DNA of 64,000 bases from Rhynchopus sp. YZ270_cl-10 (taxonomy: Eukaryota): the NCBI GenBank assembly GCA_964035575.1, contig OZ037842.1, forward strand, positions 434,001 to 498,000, given 5' to 3'. Positions 9,101 to 18,949 of the stretch are shown here, piece after piece. A program made the position numbers and the translations under genes. Positions within the stretch are counted from its first letter, which is position 1; each line of letters starts with the position of its first letter. Under the pieces are notes generated by a model that saw only the letters and a program-made list of their open reading frames with translations, ran no database searches and was not told the DNA's origin.

Positions 9101-11696
9101 CACAGGGGACACCCAGGACCGTGCTCGGCTGAATTCCCTTCAGCTGCCCTTGGCGGGGGCGTGGATTACCGCATTACCCACCCCAGAAAACGTCATCAAC
9201 CCGGAAGAGTTTCGAGCAGTGGTCCGTCTCAGACTGGGTCTTGCGGTACACAGGGACAAGGCACTATGCGAACAATGTGGTCGGCCCATGGATGAGTTCG
9301 GGATACACGCCCTCAACTGCAGCCATGGGGGTTGCACGATTCGCAGGCATGACCGGCTACGCGATCTGGTGGGCATGCTGGGTTCGAAGGCGGGCCTCGC
9401 TCCGTCCCTGGAGCCTAAGCACATCGTCCTCGGAGGGACCAAACCGGCAGACATCTTCTTCTCCATCGGAGTCGGTGATGGCAAGCCTCGAGCGGTGGAC
9501 TGCGTGGTAGCGAATCCCCTCGCCAAGTCGCATGTCCAAGGGGCGGCCCGGGCGGTGGGACACGCCGCGGTCACACATCAGACGGCGAAACGGGGCAAGC
9601 ACGGCGAAGCCTGCAGGAAAGCTCATATTTCCTTCACAGCCTTTGCAGCCGAGGTCCTTGGGGGGCTAGGTCCGGAGGCAGACACGCTGTGGCGCCATCT
9701 GAACAAGATGGCTGCGGAGCGAGCGGACGGGGATAAAGTTCTGGCATCGGTCAAGTGGAACGAACGTCTGGCCGTGTGTGTCCAGCGGGAGGTGGGCGCC
9801 ACATTGCTGAAGAGAGGCGCCCTGTGCTTCAGCCTTGCGGTCACGCGCACAGCAGTGCCAGCGAAAGCAGTGTCCCTCGACAAAAGCTACTACGTCTCGC
9901 CAGACCCTCCCGATGACCGTTTCCCTTCGTACGTGGATGACCATCTGTACCGCTTGTCTGAGAACGACTGTGAAGTTGAAGAGGAACCTGTCGCTCCCGT
10001 CGCCCCTGATCCCCTTTATGACGTCGACGAAGCCACGGCAGCGATGGAGGCATGGCTGAGCCGACAAGCGGGCAAGGAATCCACCCATCCGTCCACCCTT
10101 GAAGTACCCTCCACTCCCTGCGAAGACCCTGCAACAGCATTCAAGGCGCTGGAGACATGTGACCCCCCGCCGGCCCTGCCGCTACAGCTGTCCTCCCTCG
10201 GGTGCTCCGTTCCCGCGGACTTCCGCTACACAGTGGGCGACTGTTGCTTCGATGCCGTGGCGTACCAGTGCGGGAGGAGTGCGGGGTCCCTGAGACAGGC
10301 GGCGATTGCACAGGTGGTCCAAGACGAGGACTTAGCGGCTCGCGCTGAACCAAGTGTCGGAGTATGGGCGCGACAGATGAGCATCGCTGGGTGTGCGCGT
10401 CCTGACACTTGGGCTGACATGGTGACGGTTAGCGGCCTGGCCCGAGCTCTGCATTCCCTGGTGGTGGTGTTCATTGGTGGCCATCGACCGTCGGTCTTCA
10501 CCCCCTCAGGCGAAGTGGGATACCGTCGGGTGCTCGCACTAGCCCACGATGGCCGCACCGCAGGTCACTTCACGCCGGTCAATATCCCCGAGAAGCTGAC
10601 GCAGTTCCTCCTCATGCATGAACCGACCCCGCGCCTGCCGCCTCTCACTTGTGTGTCACGCGAGGGGCTTCTGGACTGCCCCCTGGAAGACTCACGGGCG
10701 GATTTCGGGAAATGCGAGCTGTGCTCGGCTGCGGTCCTCGGTCGTGAACGTCATTGGGAGTGTCGGGAGTGCTCAGTTTGGGTGTGTGTGCCGTGTCGTT
10801 CCCTCCCCTCAACCTGCCCGCGGGCCCTGCCAGTGTCCAGCAAGCCATGCGCGGCGAGGATCATTGCGCGCGCGCACGAGATGATTGACCCCAAGAGCAT
10901 TAACTTGGTGAAGGTACAGCGTGAAGCTCGCGTGACCAGCCAAGTGGAGACTGCAAAGGCGCGGAGGGCACAGACGCAACGCAACATGAGACAGGCATCA
11001 TCAGACGTCCAGGGACAAGAGAGCGGCTACTCCACCACACATTCAGCCCTCCCTACTCCGGTCGCGTCCTCGGTGCCCCCTGTCGCACAAGCAGTTGCCC
11101 GTCCCGGCGCCTCTGCGCAGTCACACCCTGGTTCGGACGGGGCAACACAACCTCAGACCGGTACGGAGAGTGGCTTCTCAAACACCCACTCAGCCCTCCC
11201 CGTATCTTCTTCCTCTGAGGCAGTTCCCTCTTCCGTCCACCCGAGAGAGCAGCCGCCCGCCGCATCGCAGGGCAGCGAGTTCTCTATGGACCTCATCGAC
11301 GAATCAGAACTCGCAGTCCCCATGTCTGACGCCACTTCGGCCCCCAGCACGTACACGCAATCGGAGAGTGGCTCTCAACCCGCACCTACAGCCCTCCCGA
11401 CCAACGTGCCGTTCTATGCCGGTATGGCGCCCTGCCCAGGATTCAACAACATGGGGTGTCCAGCGACCGCCGAGGCGTGGAAGGACACGTTCTACCCGAA
11501 CACGCTTCAGCACCAGTCGCTGGCAGCGGGAGGGGATTGGCAGTCGGTGGATGACGCCCTCACCTGCCTCTACCTGTGGAAAGAAGCGAAGAAGCCGTCG
11601 ATGAGCTCCGACGAGGTGGAAGAGGCTTACACCCTCTACAACCGTCTGCGGGGCCTAAAGCGGAGCAGGAACTCGCGGCCGTCCCAGAGCACTTGA
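6186..11696 (+). CDS. Non-LTR retrotransposon polyprotein (CRE clade-like): OTU-like - Zn fingers - reverse transcriptase - CCHC - restriction-like endonuclease - second OTU-like - Zn finger
   Basis: RT motifs RPIAVGE, KIDFSNAFN, GVQQGDPLGP and YLDD. CCHC knuckle CEQC..H...C followed by RRHD and KPADI. OTU-like motifs DNCLF...WGD...NHFD and GDCCF...WAD...GHF. The true start is uncertain: the frame is open from 4854, and ATG 6186 just precedes the first domain. Confidence 0.92.
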   Translation: MRGGNEQDAQVDAERERVDAFLSSISQGAAVRVPNSESDNCLFVSLFQAQTRNRPPPTAAECTELRELFADRAVETRAQGEVMLGGQKQLDAYVAGLRGDAWGDHFAIHLAANVWRENILVVQCGENPVVRIRATRLSTKEVARTRVITRVGNHFDAVYADNDAIELLTAGAPYSLLNPDTIAAHPLAAITADSTASCSLDPPAQGYYCPLPHCSGSKIHRSAEFKHRKLRDHLQEHAQQGDILPAADLRRLKFTQCVRCGDVLPIKAKDGTCFSCRGATAPSAVPPIRKRSQQEVDDDRLLPSAHDIAVSRSRVMEFIPDYMLRAVTEAVNIALLDIAANAKDLSAWNRFGMLWKTLLRTRRSGKTKKKRMREKRIEDLERWEKGELSALWRDAQAQVPGRRAEQEAPIFEDLERACVAEARKGRPAAAFSRLSSSGLAPDSEATLQALRAKHPPPPSKVELGPALVKPATPDDLTPAQVLALVKRMPRGTAAGPSGLRADHLKQMLNESDVNILPALTHVLNAVRAARVPDEVTPFLAGARLMALPKGANDVRPIAVGETLRRLAAKSYAADVKKQAKDILLPGKQVGVGVEGGIEAATETVRDFAFRHIGQDKVVLKIDFSNAFNTVCRNTLLNQTRAHLPKLSRFVEWCYVYPSSLVYGEVVVQSQSGVQQGDPLGPLLFSLVVKGLTETVRDLPGVDLSVWYLDDGTLMGSPAAVAKAFEVLKSESLKLGLSVNSSKCELIPLGGEKNHTDAVLQDAGFAVADLKVLREGFSFLGAPIGTNEYCDEFMESTMLEFSKKLRLLGKLGDAQVALSLLRHCEGFCKTVFYMRALRHQGDHKWLDKYDKEVDRVLAQILSSPGSDPDALMPDAARVQAALPVRIGGLGVRRAYDHWTAAAMGAASGTFDLCKHLDKHYRWDAGGWSHTATRYNELVDADARVNPEEQPQQILKQRDLSAPIITRQVSELRDTGDTQDRARLNSLQLPLAGAWITALPTPENVINPEEFRAVVRLRLGLAVHRDKALCEQCGRPMDEFGIHALNCSHGGCTIRRHDRLRDLVGMLGSKAGLAPSLEPKHIVLGGTKPADIFFSIGVGDGKPRAVDCVVANPLAKSHVQGAARAVGHAAVTHQTAKRGKHGEACRKAHISFTAFAAEVLGGLGPEADTLWRHLNKMAAERADGDKVLASVKWNERLAVCVQREVGATLLKRGALCFSLAVTRTAVPAKAVSLDKSYYVSPDPPDDRFPSYVDDHLYRLSENDCEVEEEPVAPVAPDPLYDVDEATAAMEAWLSRQAGKESTHPSTLEVPSTPCEDPATAFKALETCDPPPALPLQLSSLGCSVPADFRYTVGDCCFDAVAYQCGRSAGSLRQAAIAQVVQDEDLAARAEPSVGVWARQMSIAGCARPDTWADMVTVSGLARALHSLVVVFIGGHRPSVFTPSGEVGYRRVLALAHDGRTAGHFTPVNIPEKLTQFLLMHEPTPRLPPLTCVSREGLLDCPLEDSRADFGKCELCSAAVLGRERHWECRECSVWVCVPCRSLPSTCPRALPVSSKPCAARIIARAHEMIDPKSINLVKVQREARVTSQVETAKARRAQTQRNMRQASSDVQGQESGYSTTHSALPTPVASSVPPVAQAVARPGASAQSHPGSDGATQPQTGTESGFSNTHSALPVSSSSEAVPSSVHPREQPPAASQGSEFSMDLIDESELAVPMSDATSAPSTYTQSESGSQPAPTALPTNVPFYAGMAPCPGFNNMGCPATAEAWKDTFYPNTLQHQSLAAGGDWQSVDDALTCLYLWKEAKKPSMSSDEVEEAYTLYNRLRGLKRSRNSRPSQST

Positions 11697-12594
11697 GTTT
11701 TTCTTTTTCATTCTTTACTTTTGTTTGGCTTTTAGCCTCCCCCCTCCCCCTTTGCCTATTGGTTTTATTTTATTTTATTTTTAGAATTAGAGTGTACAGC
11801 TAGGTAGGACCAGACGTCGTTAACAGCTATGAACCAAAGAGGTTCTCAGTGTCGTCGGCCAAGCCCCTTCACCAAAAAAGACTACAACAAGAAAACAAAC
11901 ACACAGAAAAAAAAAAGTAAAAGAATGCCCTTCCTCAGTCCGGAAGTATCACCTCAACCGGTCACACCTGCCGTAAAATAGAGAGAGGTTACAGAATACA
12001 AAAAAAAAAAAAAAATACCCCCAAACCCCCCAAAAATCACCCAAATTAAAAAGAGAAAAGATTTGAAAATCCTGGAAAAATCCTGGAAAAATCCTGAAAA
12101 ATCCTGGAAAAATCCATGAAATTTCATGAAAAATCTCGAGATCTTGAGAAATCTTTGAAAAAAAAAAAAAAAGATTTTCAAAATCTTTTTTTTTTTTTCC
12201 CCCAAAAAGATTTTTCAAAATCCCAAAAATCTTTTTTATCTTTTTTTTGAGAAAAAAAAGATTTTCAAGATCTTTTTCATCTTTTTTAAATTTTTCTCTT
12301 TTTTTTCTTTTTTTTCCTTTTTTTTCCAGGATTTTTCAAAGATCTCAAAGATCTCGAGAGATCCTGAAAAAAAAAGACAAAAATCCTGAAAATCTTGATT
12401 TTTTTTTTTTCTCCCGAAAAAAGACAAAAAAAGACAAAAGATCTTTCCTGACCCGTGTTTTTTTCCGTTGGTTCACTTTTTTCCCCCCTCCCCCAAAGTT
12501 AGCATTAGGCCTGGTCAGGGCTATCGGTAAGAGATATGAAATATGATCGCCTTTTTAAAAAAAAAAATTTTTTTTTTTTTTTTTTACCAGGCCG

Positions 12595-12932
12595 CAGGGT
12601 TTCCGCCAGGATTTGGGGTTTCAGGAATTGGGGGGGACCATCAAAAATTCCCCCCCCCTCCCCCTTTTATAGACTAGAGTGTACAGCCAGGCCTGGCTAG
12701 ACGTCGTTAACAGCTTTGAACCAAGGAGGTTCATCGTGTCGTCAGCCACGCCCCTAAACCAACAAAAGACTACAAACAAAAACAAACTTACAAGAGGCCG
12801 CCCCGTACCCCCTCCAGGCAAATAAAAAAGTAAAAGAATGCCCTTCCTCAGTCCGGAAGTATCGCCTCAACCGGTCACCTGCCGTAAAAGAGAGAGAGGT
12901 TACAGAAAAAGCATGAAAAAAAATCCAAAAAT

Positions 12933-12970
<38 letters not shown>

Positions 12971-13619
12971 AAAAGACCCCCCAAAAATTTTTTTTCTCCC
13001 CGCAAAAGCGGTCGTCGCGCGCTTCCGCGCGCGCCTCCCTGCAGGCCACAGAGTGAAGAGGCGAAGGGTGCACCAGGTTTGATAGCAGCTATGTCAAGCT
13101 TTACAGCTGTGTTGTCTGGTAGAGGTGGTTCGTTTGGAGGTCAGGGGTGGAAGCTTAACAAGGTAAGGGTCTTGTGAGAGTGGAGGGTGATGGTGTTTGC
13201 TTTTTCTATTGTATGGCGCTACAGTCATTACAGTGCTGCAGTGGGAACATGTAATAACTACCCGTCGCTTGCACCGAAGCCTCCTGAGAAAAAGGGGCAA
13301 TGCACGGAAGTATCGATGTAAGTATATCAATATCACATAGCTAGCAACACAGCGCCGCAGGCGCACGGTACGCTACTTTTACCCTTTTTTAAAAAGATTG
13401 CGCCATCCCCCTTTTCTTCCACTTCTTTTGACACAGCGAGCCAAATGCTCTGCACGGTGGGGTCGCATGACCACGGGGGGTCATCTACAACCTCCAAAAC
13501 CCCATTTTTCTTGGGGGGGTCCATGGTCCCCCCCAAACCCCTGTAAAAATCCGGATTTTTCTGGGAAAAATATTGGGGGGGACCATGGTCCCCCCCGGTC
13601 CCCCTTGGCGGAAACCCTG
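12595..13619. mobile_element. TIR element CAGGGTTTCCGCCA...TGGCGGAAACCCTG
   Basis: 14-bp TIR with GGGGGGACCAT subterminal motifs. Flanks CAGGCCG and CAGGCCA form a near-perfect TSD. Confidence 0.75.
12675..12966 (+). mobile_element. Second, diverged copy of the retroelement 3' UTR (5'-truncated)
   Basis: TAGAGTGTACAGC...AAAGAATGCCCTTCCTCAGTCCGGAAGTATC...AGAGAGGTTACAGAA followed by an A-run, matching 11788-12015. Confidence 0.85.
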
Positions 13620-13812
13620 CAGGCCAAATATGATCAGAGTGCCCCGCCAACGTGCGGAGCCGAAAGCTCGGAATGGGTTTACCAGGCCACATATGAACGG
13701 AGATGCCCCGCCAACGCGTGCGGAGCCGAAAGCTCGGAATGGGTCTACCGGGCCACATATGAGCGGAGATGCCCCGCCAACGTACCGGACCGAAAGCTCG
13801 GAATGGGTTTTT
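13620..13812 (+). repeat. Three ~65-bp tandem units (GCCCCGCCAACGT..GGA.CCGAAAGCTCGGAATGGGT); also near 16210-16265 and inverted near 49449-49560
   Basis: Direct comparison of the units. Confidence 0.85.
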
Positions 13813-13858
13813 GCCGCTGTACACTGTAGTATACTACCTGAACTGAGTATGTGTATAT

Positions 13859-14987
13859 CAGTCGCTCCCCCGAAAAGTGTCAATTTGGTGGACCACCTTT
13901 CACTAAATTTCTACTCCACTAATCTTATCGATTTTTTTTGCATTTTATCGCGCGGACTCCGGAAACGACGAACAGGGCGTTTTCGAGGAGAAAAAAAAAT
14001 ATTTAATTTCCTAGGATTCGGGTACGAGGGCCGAAAAAGTGGTCTAAGGAAACTGACCTGTGGACCGACCAAAAGCCGAAAAAACATTCCGAGAATGCTT
14101 TCTTTGGATTCATTCGTCAAAAATCTTTCAATTCCGTACTTTTTTTTTTTTTTTTGAACCCCATTTTTTTCCTGTGGGATGGTCGGCTCTACCCCCCAAA
14201 TCGAAATTTCACTACTTTTAATAGGGGAAAACACTAAGGAAAATGGCTCATAATACAGAACCTGTACTGTACTAATGCTGGAACATGTTGCTTTTGTGAC
14301 AACTGCGTGAAAGGGCGACAGATCGCAGTCCTGCCGAAATACGTGCGTACCTGGGTCCTGGTGTCTTCAGCTGACCGTCAACCTGAGGTCACGAGAAGAG
14401 GTGGGTGTACGTTGCCTGTCTCGCGCAGACAGGGGAATCCACTCTCTGTACACGACCTCTGTACACCCTGTGTGACCAAAAAAAGGGGGTCACAGATCAG
14501 GCAATGCGCATCGGAGCAGTACTCCTACACGCGGGTGAAGCGAGAGGACAGGAAGAAGCAGCTGTCCCCCAATCAACAAAAAAGGCCACTTTTTTCGTAC
14601 GGTTTTCTTGTACAGGCGCCTTTGAATGGGTTTTTACCTATAGAAATACAGTGGTAAAGTGCAATAACCCCGTGGACCACCTTTCACTAAACTTCTACTC
14701 CACTAATCTTCTCGATTTTTTTTGCATTTTATTGCGCGGACTCCGGAAACGACGAACAGCGCATTTTCCAGCTCCGGAAAAATAGGCTGACATCCTGGGA
14801 TTTTGGAGAGATTTTCGGCAAAAACCGTTTTTTGGGATTTGACTAAATTTGATTTTTTCAAAAGTTCAAAATTCTTGCTCCAATGGAATCAGCGGGCAAA
14901 TTTAAGCCCAAATACGTACTTTTTTCAAAAAAAAATTGACTTTTTTTTGGGGGTTTCTCAAATTGACACTTTTCGGGGGAGCGACTG
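13859..14987. mobile_element. TIR element CAGTCGCTCCCCCGAAAAGTGTCAATTTG with ATAT on both sides
   Basis: 29-bp perfect TIR with ATAT flanks and an internal ~95-bp direct repeat (13888 and 14672). Confidence 0.85.
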
Positions 14988-15159
14988 ATATGTCCGAGCC
15001 TCGACCAACACGGACATATGCACGGGGGGGCGTAGGTATTTGGTGTTGTTCATTTACCCTACCACTTTCCGCAATCGATCCGGAAATGCAATTGGGCTCA
15101 ATTTCGGGTAGTTTAGGATGACAACAAAAGTGGGCGTACCCCCTTGTTTAAATTTTAAT

Positions 15160-15332
15160 GTACACCTTCAAAATTTTTTCCGCTCGCTACGCTCGCGGAG
15201 GTACACCTTCAAAAAATTATCCGCTCGCTACGCTCGCGGAGGTACACCTTCATTTTTTTTCCCGCTCGCTTCGCTCGCGGAAGTACACCTTAAAAATTTT
15301 CCGCTCGCTACGCTCGCAGAGGTACACCTTAA
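15160..15332 (+). repeat. Four ~40-bp tandem units TTTCCGCTCGCTACGCTCGCGGAGGTACACCTT
   Basis: Direct tandem repeat separated only by short A/T runs. Confidence 0.92.
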
Positions 15333-15629
15333 ACTTTAAATTTTTGTTAACCCCTTAGACCCAAGCCGTTTTTTGGACCCACTCAGAGATTACGCTCCAC
15401 GTGTGGAACGTATGGAAATCCATACGTGAATTGTTTTTGAAAAGGTGGAATCCATACGTGTCCATACGTAGGTAATTTGGGTTTTGGATTGGGGCTGGGG
15501 TGGGGTAGGTGAGGGTGAGGGTGAGGGGTGGGGCTCCGCCCCCACCTCTCACCGACCCCCTACAGAATTCTATTTGTAGGAGACAATTTCTATTTTACCG
15601 GAAAAGGAGCATGCAGCATGGCGAAAGAA

Positions 15630-15858
15630 AAAAGTAGCGTACCGTGCGCCTGCGGCGCTAGATTGCAGTACACCCTTCCCGTGACACAGTAGGCAATTTT
15701 AATCGCAATTTTTAGAAATGTGGCGTACCGTGGCTTCGCCAGAAACTTTCGTTTTATCAAAATATGGAAGTAATATTTACGGAACTAGACCATAGTTACC
15801 AACGAAAGTGACATTGTCAAGATTTTTAAGAAATGTTGCGTACCGTGGCTTCGCCAGT
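15630..15858 (+). repeat. Exemplar of dispersed bipartite repeat (AAAGTAGCGTACCGTGCGCCTGCGGCGC ... AATGTTGCGTACCGTGGCTTCGCCAG)
   Basis: Also near 3775-3905, 13351 (-), 16381 (-), 17230-17355 (-), 33800-33900 (-), 47138-47368 and 49852-50090 (-). Confidence 0.9.
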
Positions 15859-17937
15859 GCCATGACTGATGATTTCTCCAGTTCTTCGAACTTTCACAGC
15901 CCTTCTCAACCAAAGCGCGAATTGTTTTTGCTTAGAATTGTACGTGTTGAAAATCCATACGTACTTTTTCATTTTTGGGGGAGCTGCGTAATCCCTGGAC
16001 CCACTTTTGAGTTTTGGTTTTTGGGACTTTCCAACCGGTAAAGGGACCCCAGATGCAAATTTTTGATCGTACCTGGCCGCAATTGAAAGATTTTGAACAC
16101 GGCTTTCAATTCCATTTTTTAAGTACCTATCCCCCCCGTGGATATGTCCGGACCCATTTTGATGTGTATATGCCCGGCACTTTCCTGAAAATTTTCCGGA
16201 CATATCCACATATGAGGGGAGATGCCCCGCCAACGTGCGGGGCCGAAAGCTCGGAATGGGTTTTTGCCCGTAAACTCGTGTTTTTTTTTTTTTTTTTTTT
16301 GAAATATGATCAGGCTCTCCGCTAGGATTTCCGATTTTGAAAATATTCTGTTGATGGTCCACGTTGGTGGGGTACATGCTTGCGCCGCAGGCGCACGGTA
16401 CGCAACTTTTTTTTTTACCAACGCCCGATTTTGACTTTTTTGGGACGTTTGAGCACTCACCTCTCCATATCTTCTTCTCCTGAGCTTTTTTGACAGGTAG
16501 AACGGGTCTGAACCACTTAGCAGAACTTTTTTTTTTTTTCTTTTTTTCCCCATTTTCAAAAAGTTCTGTTGACAATCAACAGAACTTTAGTACCTAGCGG
16601 AGTGCCTGAATATGATTTTGAAATATGAAATATGATATATGATGCCCCCCAAAACCCCTTCTTACCGATAGCCCTGATAGGGGGTGGGTTGACCCTTTGT
16701 AAGGTCGTTTCTGGGGATATTCTTTCCCTGAACAAAACACACAAAAAAAATAGAAAAATATAAATAAAAAAGCTCAAAATGAGAAGTTGAAAAGCGCAAA
16801 ATGCCTCAAAAAATGTGGATTACAGTCGTACACCAAATATTTGGTGGGTTTAAAAAAAAAAACGGTACAGAACATGTGTGTATGGGCTTCACACCCTTTT
16901 TTCGAGAATTTGGGGGTGGGCATCACAAAAATTTCTATGGGTTTTTTATTACATGGGACTTTTTTTTTTGGGTTGCATCGCAGGGTTGTTTCTAGGATCT
17001 CGTTTTTTTTTCTCGGGGGGGGTCAATTTTTTTCCCAAAAAAAATTTTTTTCCCGCCGGGAAGAAATGGTCTTTCAAGGGTTTTTGGGTGTATTCCGAGC
17101 TTTCTCGACGAAGCCTCGATCTCACCAAGAAAACCCCATACCCCAAAGCTTCAGAATATCATGGTGGTACGTAGCTTCTGTGAGGGTATGAAACAGGTAA
17201 AGAAACGGTGGCCATGGCACCCAAAGGTTCCTGGCGAAGCCACGGTACGCAACATTTCTAAAATTGCGCTTAAAATTGCACTATTGTACAGCCAAACTAT
17301 GTCATGGGAAGGGTGTGATGTAAGCTTGCGCCGCAGGCGCACGGTACGCTACTTTTATTATTTTTGCAAAATCTTTTTTCTCACTCCCATCACCGTTCCA
17401 CGTAGTGTAGTCGGTGCGGGTGTTGTCGCTCTTCACCAGTGCCAACGTAGTGCAGAGGCACTGCAGGATGGAAGATGTGCCAAACGTCACATTCCCCGTC
17501 ACCTTCGTCGACTCACCTTCAACCACATGAGACCACAGAGACATTTTTGGATTGGGATGTTCTGTTCTGAATGATGTTGATTTGGGTGAGGAGGAATTGT
17601 GGGTTATCATTACGTATCGTGTGGTCACAGACTGCACACCTTTCCCCAGTGACACTGTGTGGCCGAAACGAAACCGGATCATAAATCGATCAGTGATATT
17701 CTGGATTGAGCGCCGCAGGCAAACGGTACCAGGGCATATCCTAAATATGAGGTCTGAGCGGCCAAATTTGCCAAAAGGGTGCAAAAAAAAGGGGCGGATT
17801 TTTTTTTTGATTTTTTTTCCAGGTTTCATCGTTGGTGGCGCTTTTAAACATCGCCATTTGCATTTCCGGAATCCGTCCGGCCAGTGGTGGGGTCAATTTG
17901 CCGAAATGGACAAGTTCTCGTTTTTGGTCAATTTCCT

Positions 17938-18183
17938 CAGTACACAGTATACACAGTACACACAGTACACACAGTACACACAGTACACACAGTACACACA
18001 GTACACACAGTACACACAGTACACACAGTACACACAGTACACACAGTACACACAGTACACACAGTACACACAGTACACACAGTACACACAGTACACACAG
18101 TACACACAGTACACACAGTACACACAGTACACACAGTGCACACAGTGCACACAGTACACACAATACACAGTACACAGTACACA
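17938..18183 (-). repeat. (TACTGTGTG)n minisatellite, reverse orientation
   Basis: Tandem CAGTACACA 9-mers. Confidence 0.97.
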
Positions 18184-18728
18184 CGGGGTCCACCAATCGT
18201 TTGGATTGTCGACATTTCGCAGAGTCACCAAAGTGTAAGATTTTTTCGGCATTGGAAAGATTGGGCCATTTCTGAGAACTTCAATAAATCAGATCTCTGA
18301 GAGATTTGTTTTTAATTCCCATTTTCATGTCGCGAGTTTACGTGGAAACGCCTTTGAAACCGTGTGTTCTTTAAGGATTCTTTAGGCAAAACAGGCGTTT
18401 TGCACCAAAAACCACAAGTTTCAACACAAAACCCGGTTTTTTGGCCCAGACCCGTGTATGTGGCGCCGAAAACACGCTTGCGCGTTATCAGAACCCTGCG
18501 TGGGCCACACACGGTCGTGCACACGTGCCCTTTGCCTTGTCACACAACCCACGTTTTCACACCCAAAAACGACAAAGCCGTTTGTGGGCAAAAACCACCC
18601 AAAAACCCACACACAGGGGTTTGCGAGTGTTAAGGATTAGCAAACCCAAATATACAGTACACAGTACACAGGTACACAAAAAACTAGAAAACGACACTTC
18701 GCTGCGACCACGGGCCACCCCATAGGGG

Positions 18729-18949
18729 GTGTGTGTACTGTGTGTACTGTGTGTACTGTGTGTACTGTGTGTACTGTGTGTACTGTGTGTACTGTGTGTA
18801 CTGTGTGTACTGTGTGTACTGTGTGTACTGTGTGTACTGTGTGTACTGTGTGTACTGTGTGTACTGTGTGTACTGTGTGTACTGTGTGTACTGTGTGTAC
18901 TGTGTGTACTGTGTGTACTGTGTGTACTGTGTGTACTGTGTGTACTGTG
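18729..18949 (+). repeat. (TACTGTGTG)n minisatellite
   Basis: About 24 perfect 9-mers. Confidence 0.97.

Larger units (their letters stand above)
5070..12015 (+). mobile_element. Probable full-length CRE-like non-LTR retrotransposon
   Basis: Abrupt shift to GC-rich sequence near 5070, a repeat-containing 5' region, the long ORF, and a ~300-nt 3' UTR ending in an A-run near 12000-12015. The 5' boundary is approximate and no TSD was seen. Confidence 0.75.
3340..12513. mobile_element. hAT-like non-autonomous TIR element containing the retrotransposon
   Basis: Perfect 16-bp TIR CAGGCCTAATGCTAAC / GTTAGCATTAGGCCTG with 8-bp TSD GTCAGGGC (3332-3339, 12514-12521). CCGTTGGTTC repeats lie near both ends. 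Confidence 0.88.
12516..16676. mobile_element. TIR element CAGGGCTATCGGTAAGA...TCTTACCGATAGCCCTG
   Basis: 17-bp TIR. TSD ATAGGGGGT at 16677-16685; its partner is at 3325-3333, displaced by the later 3340-12513 insertion. Confidence 0.85.

Noticed and set aside
5000..12100. Spliced-leader RNA gene as retroelement target
   Set aside because: No euglenozoan SL-like exon (…CAGTTTCTGTACTTTATTG) was seen at either junction or elsewhere.
13620..13812. Possible hammerhead ribozyme tandem (CGAAA motif)
   Set aside because: No CTGANGA core was found in the units.
15160..15332. Possible CRISPR-like array
   Set aside because: Units are adjacent with only short A/T runs, there are no unique spacers or cas genes, and the context is eukaryotic.
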